Part shown: positions 49,598 to 60,547 of the stretch, piece by piece
Position numbering within the stretch: position 1 is the first letter of the stretch
Layout of the letters: the number at the start of each line of letters is the position of its first letter
From: Desulfobacterales bacterium
GTDB lineage: Bacteria; Desulfobacterota; Desulfobacteria; Desulfobacterales; UBA5616
Assembly (NCBI GenBank): GCA_046483495.1
Contig: JAWODC010000048.1
Span: forward strand, 1-62,649
DNA: 62,649 nucleotides
Direction: 5' to 3'
The notes under the pieces: model-generated
What the model was told of the DNA's origin: nothing
Database searches by the model: none
What the model saw: the letters and a program-made list of their open reading frames with translations, nothing else
Program-made: the position numbers and the translations under genes

Positions 49598-50875
49598 ATG
49601 AACGGGTCCGCATCACAAAAGCATATACCATTTTACGGTTGGTATAACGTTCTTTTTCTGTTTCTTATTTATACCGCCACAATGGGGTTTCTCTTTTACG
49701 GTTTTGCGGTCATCTTTCCCGCCATGGTCCACGCCCAGGGATGGGGACGGGGTGAAGCCGCCCTGGCCCACACCATCCGGGGGCTTATGGTCGGTTTCAT
49801 GGCCCCGCTGGTCGCGCTGTCCATCGGACGGCTGGGGTCCGCCAACACGATCAAAATCGGTCTGGCGGCCGGCGTCGTCGCCCTTGCCTTTTTGGGTACG
49901 TTGGCAGACCGGTTATGGCATTGGATCCTTTTGTGGGGCCTCATCATGCCGTTTACTTTTTCTTTCGGGGGCGTCATTCCTGTTCAGGCAAACGCCACGT
50001 ATTGGTTCCATGCCCGGCGAGCCACCGCCATCGGCATCATTGTAACCGGTGCTGCGATCGGCGGTTTTATTGCGGCGCCGGTATATACCTATTTAATGAA
50101 AACCACCGGAACATGGCGAATCGGATGGCTGACCGCATGCGCCTTCCTGCTGCTGGCCCTGATCATATCGTTTTGGGTCAGGAACAAGCCCGAAGATCTG
50201 GGCCAATTTCCTGACGGCATTGCACCCGACGGCGACGATCCATCGATCCAACAGAAAAGCCGCTATACAGCTCGAACGTTTCGCACCCCCGTCGTCTGGA
50301 CGCTGAAAGAGGCGCTCAGGACGCCGACGCCTTATCTTTACATGCTTTGCCTTATGGCCCAGACCTGGGCGCTTTATATCATCACGGTACACGGCGTTCT
50401 GCACCTGACGGACCGGGGTTTTGCCCCGATGAAGGCCGCATCCGTAATCGGAAATCTGGTTCTTTTTTCCGGCTTTGCCCGTTTTCCGATAGGTCTTCTC
50501 GGGGACCGACTCGAACCTCGAATCATAAGCGCCATTGCATTGGCGGGCATGGGCCTCAGCTTGATTTTTTTCTGGCATCCGCCGGAAAGTTTTTCGTTTC
50601 TGCTGGCAGCAGCCGCTGTTTACGGCTTCTGCTTCGGCGCCACCGTGGTTTTATTCCCGACAATCATCGGAAATTATTTCGGCCCGGCGGCGTTCGCGCC
50701 CATCACGGGATTTGTAACGCCGTTTATGATCCTTTTCGGAGCGCCGGTGCCGTTTATCGCCGGGCTGATTCATGATCGGCTTCACAGCTATGATGCCGCG
50801 TTTATCCCCATTATCGTCATGGTGCTGATTTCCGCTGTTTGCTGCTTTATCATGACACCGCCGAAAAAGAAATGA
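49598..50875 (+). CDS. MFS transporter (OFA/MCT-like)
   Basis: FYGW, WF..RRATAIG, ~12 hydrophobic segments, GLLGDR. Confidence 0.9.
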   Translation: MNGSASQKHIPFYGWYNVLFLFLIYTATMGFLFYGFAVIFPAMVHAQGWGRGEAALAHTIRGLMVGFMAPLVALSIGRLGSANTIKIGLAAGVVALAFLGTLADRLWHWILLWGLIMPFTFSFGGVIPVQANATYWFHARRATAIGIIVTGAAIGGFIAAPVYTYLMKTTGTWRIGWLTACAFLLLALIISFWVRNKPEDLGQFPDGIAPDGDDPSIQQKSRYTARTFRTPVVWTLKEALRTPTPYLYMLCLMAQTWALYIITVHGVLHLTDRGFAPMKAASVIGNLVLFSGFARFPIGLLGDRLEPRIISAIALAGMGLSLIFFWHPPESFSFLLAAAAVYGFCFGATVVLFPTIIGNYFGPAAFAPITGFVTPFMILFGAPVPFIAGLIHDRLHSYDAAFIPIIVMVLISAVCCFIMTPPKKK

Positions 50876-50883
50876 ACCCGGCG

Positions 50884-51642
50884 TCAGTCCAGACCCACCG
50901 CGGCCGACAGCGTCGGACCGATTTCATTGTGGATCACCAGATCGGCCACTGAATCCAGACCCGTGGGATCCCGGTTGATGATGACCAGTTTGGCGCCGTT
51001 TCGTTTCGCCAGTTCCGGAAACCCGGCTGCCGGATAAACAACAAGCGATGAACCGACGGCCAAAAACAAATCGCAGGCCAGGGTTTCTTTTTCCGCCGCC
51101 CGGACCTCGTCAACCGGCATGGCCTGGCCGAAGGAAATGGTGGCGGTTTTGACAACCCCTCCACAGGCTTCGCAAACCGGTAAGGTTTCGTCCGCTTCGA
51201 AAATTTTTTTGACATCGTCGAGTTCGCAGCGCTTATAGCAGTCAAGGCATGCGGCATAGGTGGCATTGCCGTGGAGCTCGATGACCCTCTCATCGGGAAC
51301 ACCGGAAATCTGATGAAGTCCGTCAACGTTTTGGGTGATAACGGATGACACCTTGCCTGACTGAACCAGTTTGGCCACAGCGAGATGACCCTTGTTCGGC
51401 TTGGCCGCTTTCATCACCCCATCCGAGGCGAATTTGCGGCGCCAGGATTCTTTTCTCATTTCTTCAGAGGAAATGAAATCCCGAAAGTCGATGGGTTGAT
51501 ATTTGGTCCATATGCCTCCGGGGCTTCTGAAATCCGGAATGCCCGACTCCGTGCTGATTCCCGCACCCGTAAATACGACGGCCCGTCGGCTCTCCTCGAT
51601 CATGGCCTTTAGCCGGTCGGTCTCCGTTGGGTTCGCATTCAT
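50884..51642 (-). CDS. cobB: Sir2-family NAD-dependent protein deacylase
   Basis: FTGAGISTESGIPDFR, TQNVDGLH, ELHG, CxxC x2, GSSLVVYPAA. Confidence 0.93.
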   Translation of the reverse strand: MNANPTETDRLKAMIEESRRAVVFTGAGISTESGIPDFRSPGGIWTKYQPIDFRDFISSEEMRKESWRRKFASDGVMKAAKPNKGHLAVAKLVQSGKVSSVITQNVDGLHQISGVPDERVIELHGNATYAACLDCYKRCELDDVKKIFEADETLPVCEACGGVVKTATISFGQAMPVDEVRAAEKETLACDLFLAVGSSLVVYPAAGFPELAKRNGAKLVIINRDPTGLDSVADLVIHNEIGPTLSAAVGLD

Positions 51643-51775
51643 ACAAGCCTCCTGATTCACTCCATTTCCTGGTTGGTGAAAAATGTTAATCCTCAAAATA
51701 CGGTATTCCTGCGGTTCACATTTTTCACCGCTTTTTCCTGAAGCGAATTTCTCATTTTTGGATGAACACTATTCT

Positions 51776-51820
51776 TAAAGGGGAACGGGGATTCGGCAGG
51801 GACGAATACCTTCCCCTTTA
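51776..51820. terminator. Hairpin / probable terminator after the nitroreductase gene
   Basis: TAAAGGGGAA ... TTCCCCTTTA inverted repeat with an inner stem. Confidence 0.5.
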
Positions 51821-51849
51821 TCTCATTTTGGCGTTTCGGGTTCGGCAAG

Positions 51850-52443
51850 TCAAACGTTTTTGATTATTAAATTTTTCATTGGAAATCGGGGTCTTGGGCT
51901 AGGAATGAATTTGGGATATCCGATGGGCAGCAGGGCCGTCACGTGCAGCGTGTCATCCAGGTTCAATATTTCTTTTGCGCGTTTCGGATAAAATCCGCCG
52001 ATCCAGCAGGTCCCCAGACCCAGATCCACGGCCTTCAACATCATGTGCGTAACGGCGATACCGACATTCATGGTCAGGTAAGTCAATATCTGTTCCCGGT
52101 TTCTCTCCGGCGGCGTAAATTCGCCTTCAACCTCGACATCGTTGAAAACGCCGGCCTCGAGAAGTTCGGAAATGCGCTCGCTCCGGGTATCCAGTGACGT
52201 CAGATCGGCGCAGCAGGCGATGAGCACAGGCGCCTTCAAGGCAAACCGGTAAATGGTGACCGCTTCGAGCTTTTTCTTTATTTCCGGTGATCGGACAATG
52301 ACGAACCGCCAAGGCTGTATGTTTGATCCGGAAGCCGCCAGGCGGGCGGCTTCGAGGATCTCGTTCACGGCTTCGTCGGAAACCGGTTCTTTTTTGAAAT
52401 TGCGAATGCTCCGCCGTGTTGTTATGACCTCATCGAATTCCAT
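51850..52443 (-). CDS. Nitroreductase family protein
   Basis: RRSIRNF, AASGSNIQPWRF, GLGTCWIG. Confidence 0.93.
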   Translation of the reverse strand: MEFDEVITTRRSIRNFKKEPVSDEAVNEILEAARLAASGSNIQPWRFVIVRSPEIKKKLEAVTIYRFALKAPVLIACCADLTSLDTRSERISELLEAGVFNDVEVEGEFTPPERNREQILTYLTMNVGIAVTHMMLKAVDLGLGTCWIGGFYPKRAKEILNLDDTLHVTALLPIGYPKFIPSPRPRFPMKNLIIKNV

Positions 52444-52451
52444 ATGCCCTC

Positions 52452-55040
52452 CTACTCGATTTCTTTTTTGATGTGTTCCGGCACCGGACCGGCCCAGTCG
52501 TAACTCAGTTTGCCGATCACCTTTTTCTCCTCCAGTTCGGCGATCTCATCTTCACCGAGTCCGATAACATCTTTATAAACATAATCGTTGTGTTCTCCGA
52601 CCCTGCAGGGGGGTTGCGTCACCTTCAGGGGCGATTTGTCGAATTTCCAGGGAAAGCCGGGATACCGGTATGTCCCGATGTCTTCACCGCATATCGTCTG
52701 AAAAAACCTCCGGGCGTTCAACTGGGAGTCCATATAGGTGTCCCTGGGGTCCTCTACCGGTCCGGCAGGCACTCCATGCTCTTGAAGAATATAAAAAAGT
52801 TCGAAGTTGTCCCGTTTTTCGGTCCACCCGGAAAGATGGGCATCGAATTCATCATGATGCATGCGCCGGCTTTCCGCGGATGAAAACTTCTTGTCACGTG
52901 TCCAGGCGGGATAACCCATGGCCTTGCATAACCCCTCGAACTCGGTATCATTGTGGATGGTGATCGTAATCCAGCGCTCACCCCCGTAAATGACCGTATC
53001 CAAGGTCGATTCCGGGCCCCGGCATGGATAGCACCCCTGAACGGCGGTGGGATGGCGGTTCCCCATCGTCCGTTGGTTTCGGTTATTCCAGGCGGCGTCC
53101 ATGTAAATCTCGGCGTAATGGTGAATCATCGTTTCCATCTGGGCAAAATCCACCCATTGCCCCTTGCCGGTCTTTTCGCGGTGCAGCAGACCTAAAATGG
53201 CGGCGTACACCGACATGGGCGCAGCCGCGGAATCCATGTGAAACCGAAATGTGTTGTGATAGGGGTGCTGGTCATCGTCATATCCCCGAATCCATTCCTC
53301 ACCCCCGAGCGCCTGGTGCATGGCACCCCATCCGACGAAGTTCATGTAGGGGCCGCTGCGTCCCCAGGCCGGCATATTGATGCAGATCAACCCGGGATTC
53401 ACATCCCGCAGTGTTCGATGGTCAAGGCCAAGGTGCTCCATAGCCGTTGCGCTGTTGTTTTCCAGAAAGATATCGCTTTTCCCGATAAGCCGCTTGAAGA
53501 CCTCTTTCCCTTCGGGCGTTGCGATGTCGATACAGCAGGACAGCCGGTTCCACAGCGCGCGGGTGTAAAACGACGCCCTGTTCCACGGCCTCAAACCCAC
53601 CTTCCCTTCGGGGTAGTTGGACCTGCCGGCAGGCCGTTCCAGTTGGCCCGGAGTCGGCCACATGATGAATCCCCGGCTGAAATCCGGCGGATGATGCGGA
53701 TTGTCGATATGGATGACTTCCGCCCCCAGAATACCCATCAGCCAGGCGGCGGTGGGGCCTGCCCAGATAACCCCCAAGTCGACGACCCGTACGCCCTCCA
53801 GTGGAAGCCGGTGCTCCCGGATCTTCGGGTTTCGACGGGGTATTTCGATGCGGGACGTTTTTCGAAGCGCGGTCAATATCGCTTCGTTATGCTGACCCAG
53901 CAGGGGCGCCGGCATCCGGATTTGCCATCTCGAATGTTCCATATGGACCGGATCGCCCGGGTATATCTGTTTTCCGGTGACCGGATGCTCTACGTCAATC
54001 CAGAATCCCCGATCTTTGAACTGGAGGCTTTCGACAGCATCTTTGGGCGTGTTGATGGCCATGCAGAAGTACTTCACCTTCTGGCAGGCTTCCATGATTT
54101 CCTGCTTCGTGTGATCCATGCACCAGTCATACCATAAGGCGTCTACGACCGGCTTGTTTTCTTCAACATCGAGAACATCGTCGGGATAACTGAACATTTC
54201 GGCAAGTGCCGGAAATAATTTAATAAAGCGATCCCAGAACATGAAGCCGCCGGCGGCGCGGACGAACCCGTCCTTGCAGGGGAATACCCCTGAGGGGGTG
54301 ATGTCCGATGCCGTTTCCCGGGGGTCCAGGCGACCTACCACATTCGATGTCATTGTCATCCCCGAGTAGGCGAATGAAACCAGGTTGGTCGTTTTATGGT
54401 CCGTGTCCGATGCAAGTACTTCCTGCATGGACACGTCGATGCATTGCCCCATTCCGGTTCGGCGCTTCAACCAGTATGCCGCCAACGCCGCGACAGCGGC
54501 CATATGGCCCACCTGGTACTGCAGACAATTCCCGCCGAGCTTCAGGGGGTGCCGGCCCGGAATGCCGGAAGAATACATGTCGTGTCCGAGACCGGACAGG
54601 ACAAGTTCGGATGCCTTGAAGTCCCTGTACGGACCGGTTTGTCCGAAATTGGAAATGCGGGTCATAATCAAACCCGGATTCTGCCGCGCCAAAATTTCAT
54701 ATGAAAGCCCCAGTCTTTCCATAACGCCCGGGCTGAAATTTTCAACCAGAATATCGGCATTCGCAGCCAGAGCCTTAACCGCAGCAATTCCATCGGCGCT
54801 TTTCAAATCAAGGATAATGCTTTTTTTGTTTGTGTTCAGATTCGAGAACAGCAGACTTTTCTCTGGATGAGAATCGTCGTTTAAAAACGGTCCGATCATT
54901 CGTGCGGGGTCCCCTTCGGGCGGCCGTTCGATTTTAATGACCTCCGCGCCGAAATCGGCGAACATTTTCGTGCAGTAAGGACCGGCAATGTACCACGTCA
55001 GGTCCACCACATTAATGCCTGATAGCGTCTGCTCTTCCAT
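52452..55040 (-). CDS. Fused double-domain family III CoA-transferase
   Basis: Two full CaiB/BaiF units. The N-half has CLQYQVG (no Asp); the C-half has HMDSAAA. Confidence 0.9.
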   Translation of the reverse strand: MEEQTLSGINVVDLTWYIAGPYCTKMFADFGAEVIKIERPPEGDPARMIGPFLNDDSHPEKSLLFSNLNTNKKSIILDLKSADGIAAVKALAANADILVENFSPGVMERLGLSYEILARQNPGLIMTRISNFGQTGPYRDFKASELVLSGLGHDMYSSGIPGRHPLKLGGNCLQYQVGHMAAVAALAAYWLKRRTGMGQCIDVSMQEVLASDTDHKTTNLVSFAYSGMTMTSNVVGRLDPRETASDITPSGVFPCKDGFVRAAGGFMFWDRFIKLFPALAEMFSYPDDVLDVEENKPVVDALWYDWCMDHTKQEIMEACQKVKYFCMAINTPKDAVESLQFKDRGFWIDVEHPVTGKQIYPGDPVHMEHSRWQIRMPAPLLGQHNEAILTALRKTSRIEIPRRNPKIREHRLPLEGVRVVDLGVIWAGPTAAWLMGILGAEVIHIDNPHHPPDFSRGFIMWPTPGQLERPAGRSNYPEGKVGLRPWNRASFYTRALWNRLSCCIDIATPEGKEVFKRLIGKSDIFLENNSATAMEHLGLDHRTLRDVNPGLICINMPAWGRSGPYMNFVGWGAMHQALGGEEWIRGYDDDQHPYHNTFRFHMDSAAAPMSVYAAILGLLHREKTGKGQWVDFAQMETMIHHYAEIYMDAAWNNRNQRTMGNRHPTAVQGCYPCRGPESTLDTVIYGGERWITITIHNDTEFEGLCKAMGYPAWTRDKKFSSAESRRMHHDEFDAHLSGWTEKRDNFELFYILQEHGVPAGPVEDPRDTYMDSQLNARRFFQTICGEDIGTYRYPGFPWKFDKSPLKVTQPPCRVGEHNDYVYKDVIGLGEDEIAELEEKKVIGKLSYDWAGPVPEHIKKEIE

Positions 55041-55061
55041 TGATTTACTCCTGTAACCTTA

Positions 55062-56288
55062 CTAGAAAAGAATTTTTTCTTCGGTCAGTTTATCGATCTC
55101 GTCCTGTGACATTCCTAAGAGTTCACCAAACACATAGTTATTGTGCTCTCCTGGGAATGGGGCACGGCTGCGGATTTTTCCGGGCGTTTTGCTCATTTTC
55201 CACAATATGCCGTCATATTTTTTCTTGTTCATATCCGGGTCGGGATGCTCCATCTCTTCGAAGAATCCCCTTTCATTCAAGTGCGGATCTTCCACAAGCC
55301 CACGGTTGCTCAACGTTGGAAACGCGGCGACGCCTTCCTTCTGAAGCATGCGGGTTGCCTGATATTGGGTAAGTGTGGATGTCCATGCTTCGATATGCCT
55401 GTCCATTTCCTCCTGATGTTTCCAGCGGCTCAGAGTGTCGGAAAACTTTTCGTCCTCGGCCCATTTCGGGTTCCCCATCACGTTTACCAGGGCCCGCCAT
55501 TCGTCGTCTGTTTTCACAGCAATGGTCACCCATTTCAGATCTCCCCCTGCGCATTTATAGGCGTTGTGGGGTGCCATAAACTCGTGACGGTTTCCCCGGC
55601 GCTTCCTTACTTTTTCATTCAGGGTGTAATCCATAATGTTCTCGGGAGAAATACTGATCAGGCTCTCCCATTGCGATACGCCGATGTATTGCCCCTTCTT
55701 CTTCTTTTTGCGGTAGTACAATGCGCTGAGCATGGCGAATGCGGCGTGGTGGGCGCCGACAGGATCCCCCCAGCTGATGCCGATCGGGTGCGGGGCGTTT
55801 TCCGGATATCCGGTGACGTGGGCCAGGCCGCTGATGTAGATCTGAGGCCTGCCGTACATTACGTAATCTTTATACGGGCCGTTTGCGCCGAACGCCGTCA
55901 GAGCCACGTACAGGATAGCGGGATTGATTTCCTTTACCGATGCATAATCGAGACCATATTTTTTCATCACACCCCGTGAAAAATTTTCGACGAGTACGTC
56001 GCTGATCTTTATGATTTCTTTGGCCAGTTCGACCCCCCGCGGCGTGGTCAGATTGATCGTCACGCCGAGTTTATTGCGGTTGAGCCAATTATAATATCCC
56101 GAATTGTTGGGAGTGGGGGCGGCATCCTTGGGCCATGGCGGAAGCCCTCTGATCACGTCCATTCGCCTTTGGCTTTCTATTTTGATTACCCGTGCCCCCA
56201 TATCCGCCAGGGTTCTGCCGAAATGGGGACCGGCCCATGCCTGACCGAAATCGACTACGGTTATGCCTTCGAGAGCCAGTTTGTTCAT
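55062..56288 (-). CDS. Family III CoA-transferase, catalytic-Asp subunit
   Basis: WAGP..LADMGARVIKIES, NRNKLGVTINL, SWGDPVGA. Confidence 0.9.
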   Translation of the reverse strand: MNKLALEGITVVDFGQAWAGPHFGRTLADMGARVIKIESQRRMDVIRGLPPWPKDAAPTPNNSGYYNWLNRNKLGVTINLTTPRGVELAKEIIKISDVLVENFSRGVMKKYGLDYASVKEINPAILYVALTAFGANGPYKDYVMYGRPQIYISGLAHVTGYPENAPHPIGISWGDPVGAHHAAFAMLSALYYRKKKKKGQYIGVSQWESLISISPENIMDYTLNEKVRKRRGNRHEFMAPHNAYKCAGGDLKWVTIAVKTDDEWRALVNVMGNPKWAEDEKFSDTLSRWKHQEEMDRHIEAWTSTLTQYQATRMLQKEGVAAFPTLSNRGLVEDPHLNERGFFEEMEHPDPDMNKKKYDGILWKMSKTPGKIRSRAPFPGEHNNYVFGELLGMSQDEIDKLTEEKILF

Positions 56289-56325
56289 TACGCGTTCTCC
56301 TTCTTCGAATCGGACTTTTTTGAGT

Positions 56326-57537
56326 CTAAATGACGCCGGTTTGGCTTAATTTCACCAGATCATCCTTGGTGCAACCAAGGCGATGAATCAATATTTCCTC
56401 ATTGTGCTCCCCCAAAGAGGGTGCGCAACGCTTGATTTGCCAAGGTGTTTCGGACAGCCGGTAAGGCGCGCCCGGATATCGGGCTTTTCCGATTACCGGA
56501 TGATCGATATCGACAAAATAGCGCCTTTCGGCCAAGTGGCGGTCATTCACCACCTCCTCCGCTGTATAGTCAGGCGCCAGCGGCACATGGGCGGCCTGGC
56601 CCATTTCGAAAATTTCCTGCTTGGTATGCTCCATGGTCCATTCGGATAAGAGGGGAACCAGCGCGTCCACGTAATCAGCACGGACAAACCGGTTTTCAAA
56701 GAGCTCGGAATCGTTCCATTCCGGATTGCCTATCATATCGATGAATTTATCGTACTGGTGATCCTCAACGCACATTAAAAAGAAATATCCATCCTTGCAG
56801 GGGAGTGGGCATATGGGCTGAACCAACGGATGGGTTACACCGCCCATTTCGTTTTCCGCAAGCACCCAATGCTGAATGGCGGACTCGTTCTGGCCGGCCA
56901 TGAGCTCAAAGATGGCGATATCGATGTGCTGACCGGAAAATATTTCATCTCTTGCGTGAACAGCGCACATGGTCGCCACTGCGGCGGCTTGAGCCGTTCC
57001 GAATTCCGATTGCCGTCCACCGGCCTTTATCGGCGGCGGCACTGGTTCTTCCAAACAAACGGTGCTGATAAATCCATACCCGCTTCCCTGATATGTATTT
57101 AATTCAAAGGCCTTATAATCTCTGTAGGGACCGGTCTGGCCGAATGCCGTAATGGATGTCATGATAAGACCGGGATTGACCTTTTCGAGGACATTATAGG
57201 TAAGTCCAAGCCTCTCCATTTCTTTTGGTGCGTGGTTTTCGATTAGAATATCCGCATCCCGTATCAGATCCAGAAAAATGGACTTGCCTTTAGCGGTTTT
57301 CGGGTCAAGGGTAAGGCTCAGCTTGTTCGTGTTCAGATAGGCGAACAGTCCGCTCCTTTCGAAGCCGGGGCTATTTCCCGCGAACGGCTCCAGTCGCCTG
57401 GATGCATCACCTCCGTCGGGATCTTCGATCTTGATAACCTCGGCGCCGAGATCCGCAAACATTTTTCCGCAGTAAGGGCCTGAAACAAGGTTTGCAAATT
57501 CCAGCACTTTCAGTCCGGATAATGCTTGATCGGGCAT
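56326..57537 (-). CDS. Family III CoA-transferase, subunit lacking the canonical Asp
   Basis: SGPYCGKMFADLGAEVIKIE, NTNKLSLTLD; RQSEFGTA at the Asp position. Confidence 0.9.
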   Translation of the reverse strand: MPDQALSGLKVLEFANLVSGPYCGKMFADLGAEVIKIEDPDGGDASRRLEPFAGNSPGFERSGLFAYLNTNKLSLTLDPKTAKGKSIFLDLIRDADILIENHAPKEMERLGLTYNVLEKVNPGLIMTSITAFGQTGPYRDYKAFELNTYQGSGYGFISTVCLEEPVPPPIKAGGRQSEFGTAQAAAVATMCAVHARDEIFSGQHIDIAIFELMAGQNESAIQHWVLAENEMGGVTHPLVQPICPLPCKDGYFFLMCVEDHQYDKFIDMIGNPEWNDSELFENRFVRADYVDALVPLLSEWTMEHTKQEIFEMGQAAHVPLAPDYTAEEVVNDRHLAERRYFVDIDHPVIGKARYPGAPYRLSETPWQIKRCAPSLGEHNEEILIHRLGCTKDDLVKLSQTGVI

Positions 57538-57888
57538 GAACGACCTCCTTATGGATACAAAAACTGCAGGGATGAATTCATGAGCGTATAAACGGCCTTA
57601 AACCATCAGCCGTCGCGGTAAAAACGGCAACGGCCGGTTACAATGCTTTCTACAAAATGTCTCGACATAACGATATCTTCCCAAATCAAGGCAAGCCGCA
57701 TGTCGAGCCGCAGGTAAACTCAGATGGTGCGTTTGGAACAAAATGGATATAAAGATTACCGAAAAAAAGCCCATTACATATGTCAAAACCGACCCTGGAT
57801 GTCAATCCCCGGGCGGAACGCCGGTCATCGAGCTTGTGCCTGTTTTTGCATCTGTTTCTTGCGGCGTCTTCGGCCCGTTCAGCAAACA

Positions 57889-59001
57889 TCAGCCTGCGGC
57901 CTCTCGGCCTTCCTCGGCTTTTTCAGCGGCGGTTATTCGGCCGGTCGGGGGATTGGGCAGAACATTCTGAAATGCAACGCCGTAAATTTCCCAGGCTGTG
58001 ACAAAAAGTGCGGTAAGAATGGGACCGATGATAAAACCGATAATGCCGAACATGGCAATACCGCCCAGCGTACCCAAAAAAATCAGCAGGTCATGCATTT
58101 CGGTGTCTTTCCCGACCAGCCGGGGCCTTAACACATTATCCAGGCTTCCAACAACCAACCCGCAAAACATCGCCAAGCCGGCCGCCCTGAAATATTCGCC
58201 CCGTATCGCCAGAATGGCTGCCGCCGGCACCCATACCAGAGCCGAGCCGAGCGCGGGAATGATGGATAGAACCGTCATAATGGTGCCCCAGAAGACGGCG
58301 CTCGGAATGCCGACGATAAAAAAGGCAAAACCCGCCAGCCCCCCTTGAAGGATGCCGATGACGGCAACGCCTTTAATCGTGGCGCGGGTTACCGATGTAA
58401 ACGTGTACAGCATTCGCTGTTCATCTTTGTCTTCCAGTGGAAGATAGTATAAAATCTTCTCCAAAAGCCGTTTGCCGTCCATCAGAAAAAAGAACATGGT
58501 GTAAAGAAAAACAAACATCAGGAAAAGAAAGTTTACCGTTCCCAACGTAACGGAAGACAGGCTGTTAATCAGGTACTTGCTGATGCTGCCCACCAATTCC
58601 CCGGATTTTTGCACGATAATGCCCTGGTAGGGTTCGATTCTATCGTAGAAGGGAATGGTATCCTGGAGCTTTGACAGGGCGCCCGGATCCGAAACGGCAT
58701 TTTGAACCCATGGTGTCACGGATTGCCCCACCTTGATGGCTTGGGCCGTAATAATGCCGATCAGGCCTCCGAGAGGGAGAATCACCAAAAGCAGCAGAAG
58801 GCCAATGGTGGCGGCGGAAGCCGGATACCGGCGTCCCCTGAACCGCTTTTCCAGCCGTTCGTATAGCGGGTGCGCCATTGCCGAAAAAATGCCGGCGAGG
58901 AAAAGCGCCATCAGAAAATGCCGAATCATGGCCATAAACAGCGCTGAAATGAACAGCACGATCACGATGAGCGTCGTTTTGCTGATTTTATCACGGTTCA
59001 T
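57889..59001 (-). CDS. AI-2E family (UPF0118) transporter
   Basis: FFFLMDG, IIPALGSALVWVP, DNVLRPRLVG, GFIIGP. Confidence 0.92.
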   Translation of the reverse strand: MNRDKISKTTLIVIVLFISALFMAMIRHFLMALFLAGIFSAMAHPLYERLEKRFRGRRYPASAATIGLLLLLVILPLGGLIGIITAQAIKVGQSVTPWVQNAVSDPGALSKLQDTIPFYDRIEPYQGIIVQKSGELVGSISKYLINSLSSVTLGTVNFLFLMFVFLYTMFFFLMDGKRLLEKILYYLPLEDKDEQRMLYTFTSVTRATIKGVAVIGILQGGLAGFAFFIVGIPSAVFWGTIMTVLSIIPALGSALVWVPAAAILAIRGEYFRAAGLAMFCGLVVGSLDNVLRPRLVGKDTEMHDLLIFLGTLGGIAMFGIIGFIIGPILTALFVTAWEIYGVAFQNVLPNPPTGRITAAEKAEEGREAAG

Positions 59002-59065
59002 AAGGATCTTCGGCAAGGTTATGCGGCCTTCCAAACCGCGTTTTAATGGACCCCGATCGTCGAAA

Positions 59066-60157
59066 TTAAATGCCGAATCCGACGACTTTTTCGCTCTGCT
59101 TAGGAGGCTTGTAATCGGCACAGCGAACCAGTGTCAGACTGCCGGACGGGCATAGGGAAACACAGTTGGCGCATCCCATGCAGTAATCCGGGTTGATGCG
59201 CGCGATATCGTCAATCATTTCGATGGCATCGACCTGGCATATATCCACGCATTCCCCACATCCGATGCAGGTTTCCTCATCCACCACGGACACGAAATTC
59301 GATCCGGCGATCATGTTCAGGCCACGATGCTTCAGCATCGGTTTCATGATGTGGCAGCAGCAGCCGCAGCAATTGCACAATACGATATTGTCACCCATAA
59401 AATTGTTGATGTTATGGATGAGTCCCTTCTCCTCGCAGGTTTTAAGAAGATCCATGAGTTCCTGCCGTGTATAGCGCTTTCCGAAATTTCGTGAAACGAT
59501 GTAATCCGCCACTTTTCCGAAATACACGCAGGCCTCCATGGGTGCGCCGTCCACCTTGCAGGGGTTCCCTTCGAACTTTGCGTCCTGCCGGCAGGTGCAG
59601 GTCCCAACGGCGAATGAGGTTTCGTCGGCCATAATCTCCGATATTTTTTCCCATGTAGCGATTTGGGCGTTGCTCGGAAGATGCTCTTCCACGGCAAGCG
59701 TTCTCAATCCGGGAGAGCCGATTCGTTTGTTGGCTGCTTCCACATCGTTGAACAATTTTTCGGTTAAGGTGCTTAACTCTTTATTCATTTCCGTGATCAG
59801 GCGGTGCCGTTTCCGGGCTTTTTCGGTCTCTTCACCTTTCAGGTATTGAAGTTCGAGAATACCGGGGGCAAATGGGGGAAGAGAATACTCCGTTCGACCG
59901 CCCTCTGTCTGGGCCGAAAACATGATTCCTTCATCGGCCATGGTTTCCAGGATGTTTTTCAACTCGGTTTCATCTCGGTTCAGCTGTTCGGCCAGTTCAT
60001 TTGCCGTATGAGCACCCAAGGGCATTTGTGATGCCAGATCAGCCTGCTCTTCGGTGAATATTTCTTTTAAAAATGTTAAGACAGAGGGCAGAGGGGGCCT
60101 TTTAACCGCGTTCTTGTTCAACCGCTCGCACAATTTCACGTAAACATCGTCATTCAT
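59066..60157 (-). CDS. Cys-rich 4Fe-4S protein (paralog of 37496-38548)
   Basis: CTCR...C...EAC, LCNCCGCCC, CIGCGECVDIC, CMGCANCVSLCP. Confidence 0.85.
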   Translation of the reverse strand: MNDDVYVKLCERLNKNAVKRPPLPSVLTFLKEIFTEEQADLASQMPLGAHTANELAEQLNRDETELKNILETMADEGIMFSAQTEGGRTEYSLPPFAPGILELQYLKGEETEKARKRHRLITEMNKELSTLTEKLFNDVEAANKRIGSPGLRTLAVEEHLPSNAQIATWEKISEIMADETSFAVGTCTCRQDAKFEGNPCKVDGAPMEACVYFGKVADYIVSRNFGKRYTRQELMDLLKTCEEKGLIHNINNFMGDNIVLCNCCGCCCHIMKPMLKHRGLNMIAGSNFVSVVDEETCIGCGECVDICQVDAIEMIDDIARINPDYCMGCANCVSLCPSGSLTLVRCADYKPPKQSEKVVGFGI

Positions 60158-60547
60158 GGTTTTTCTCCTTGGGTTGTGATTATGGATGCGTTGCTTTCTT
60201 GAACATACTTTTTTAACTCCTCTAATAAAAAGAAAACGGCAGAGGGGCACCGTTGGAAAAACGAGGCTGCTTGAAATGAAACGGTAGCACGTTCCGCGGT
60301 TTTTTTGCAATAGATATGTGATAGCTATCCAATCGGCCCGGCGGCTTGGGGGCGGATCGGGTTCCGGGAAAGCCCTTGCGTGATAAGGGTTTATTTGGTA
60401 ATTGCCAATTCAAGAGGCACATTCCCGGCGTAATGCCCTGCGCTTTTCAACGCCATTTCCCGATAAGACAGCGAATCGTATGACAAAAGCCGATATGCCC
60501 GTTCATTCAAATTCAAGCACCCATACCTAAATGAAAGGACGATCACG

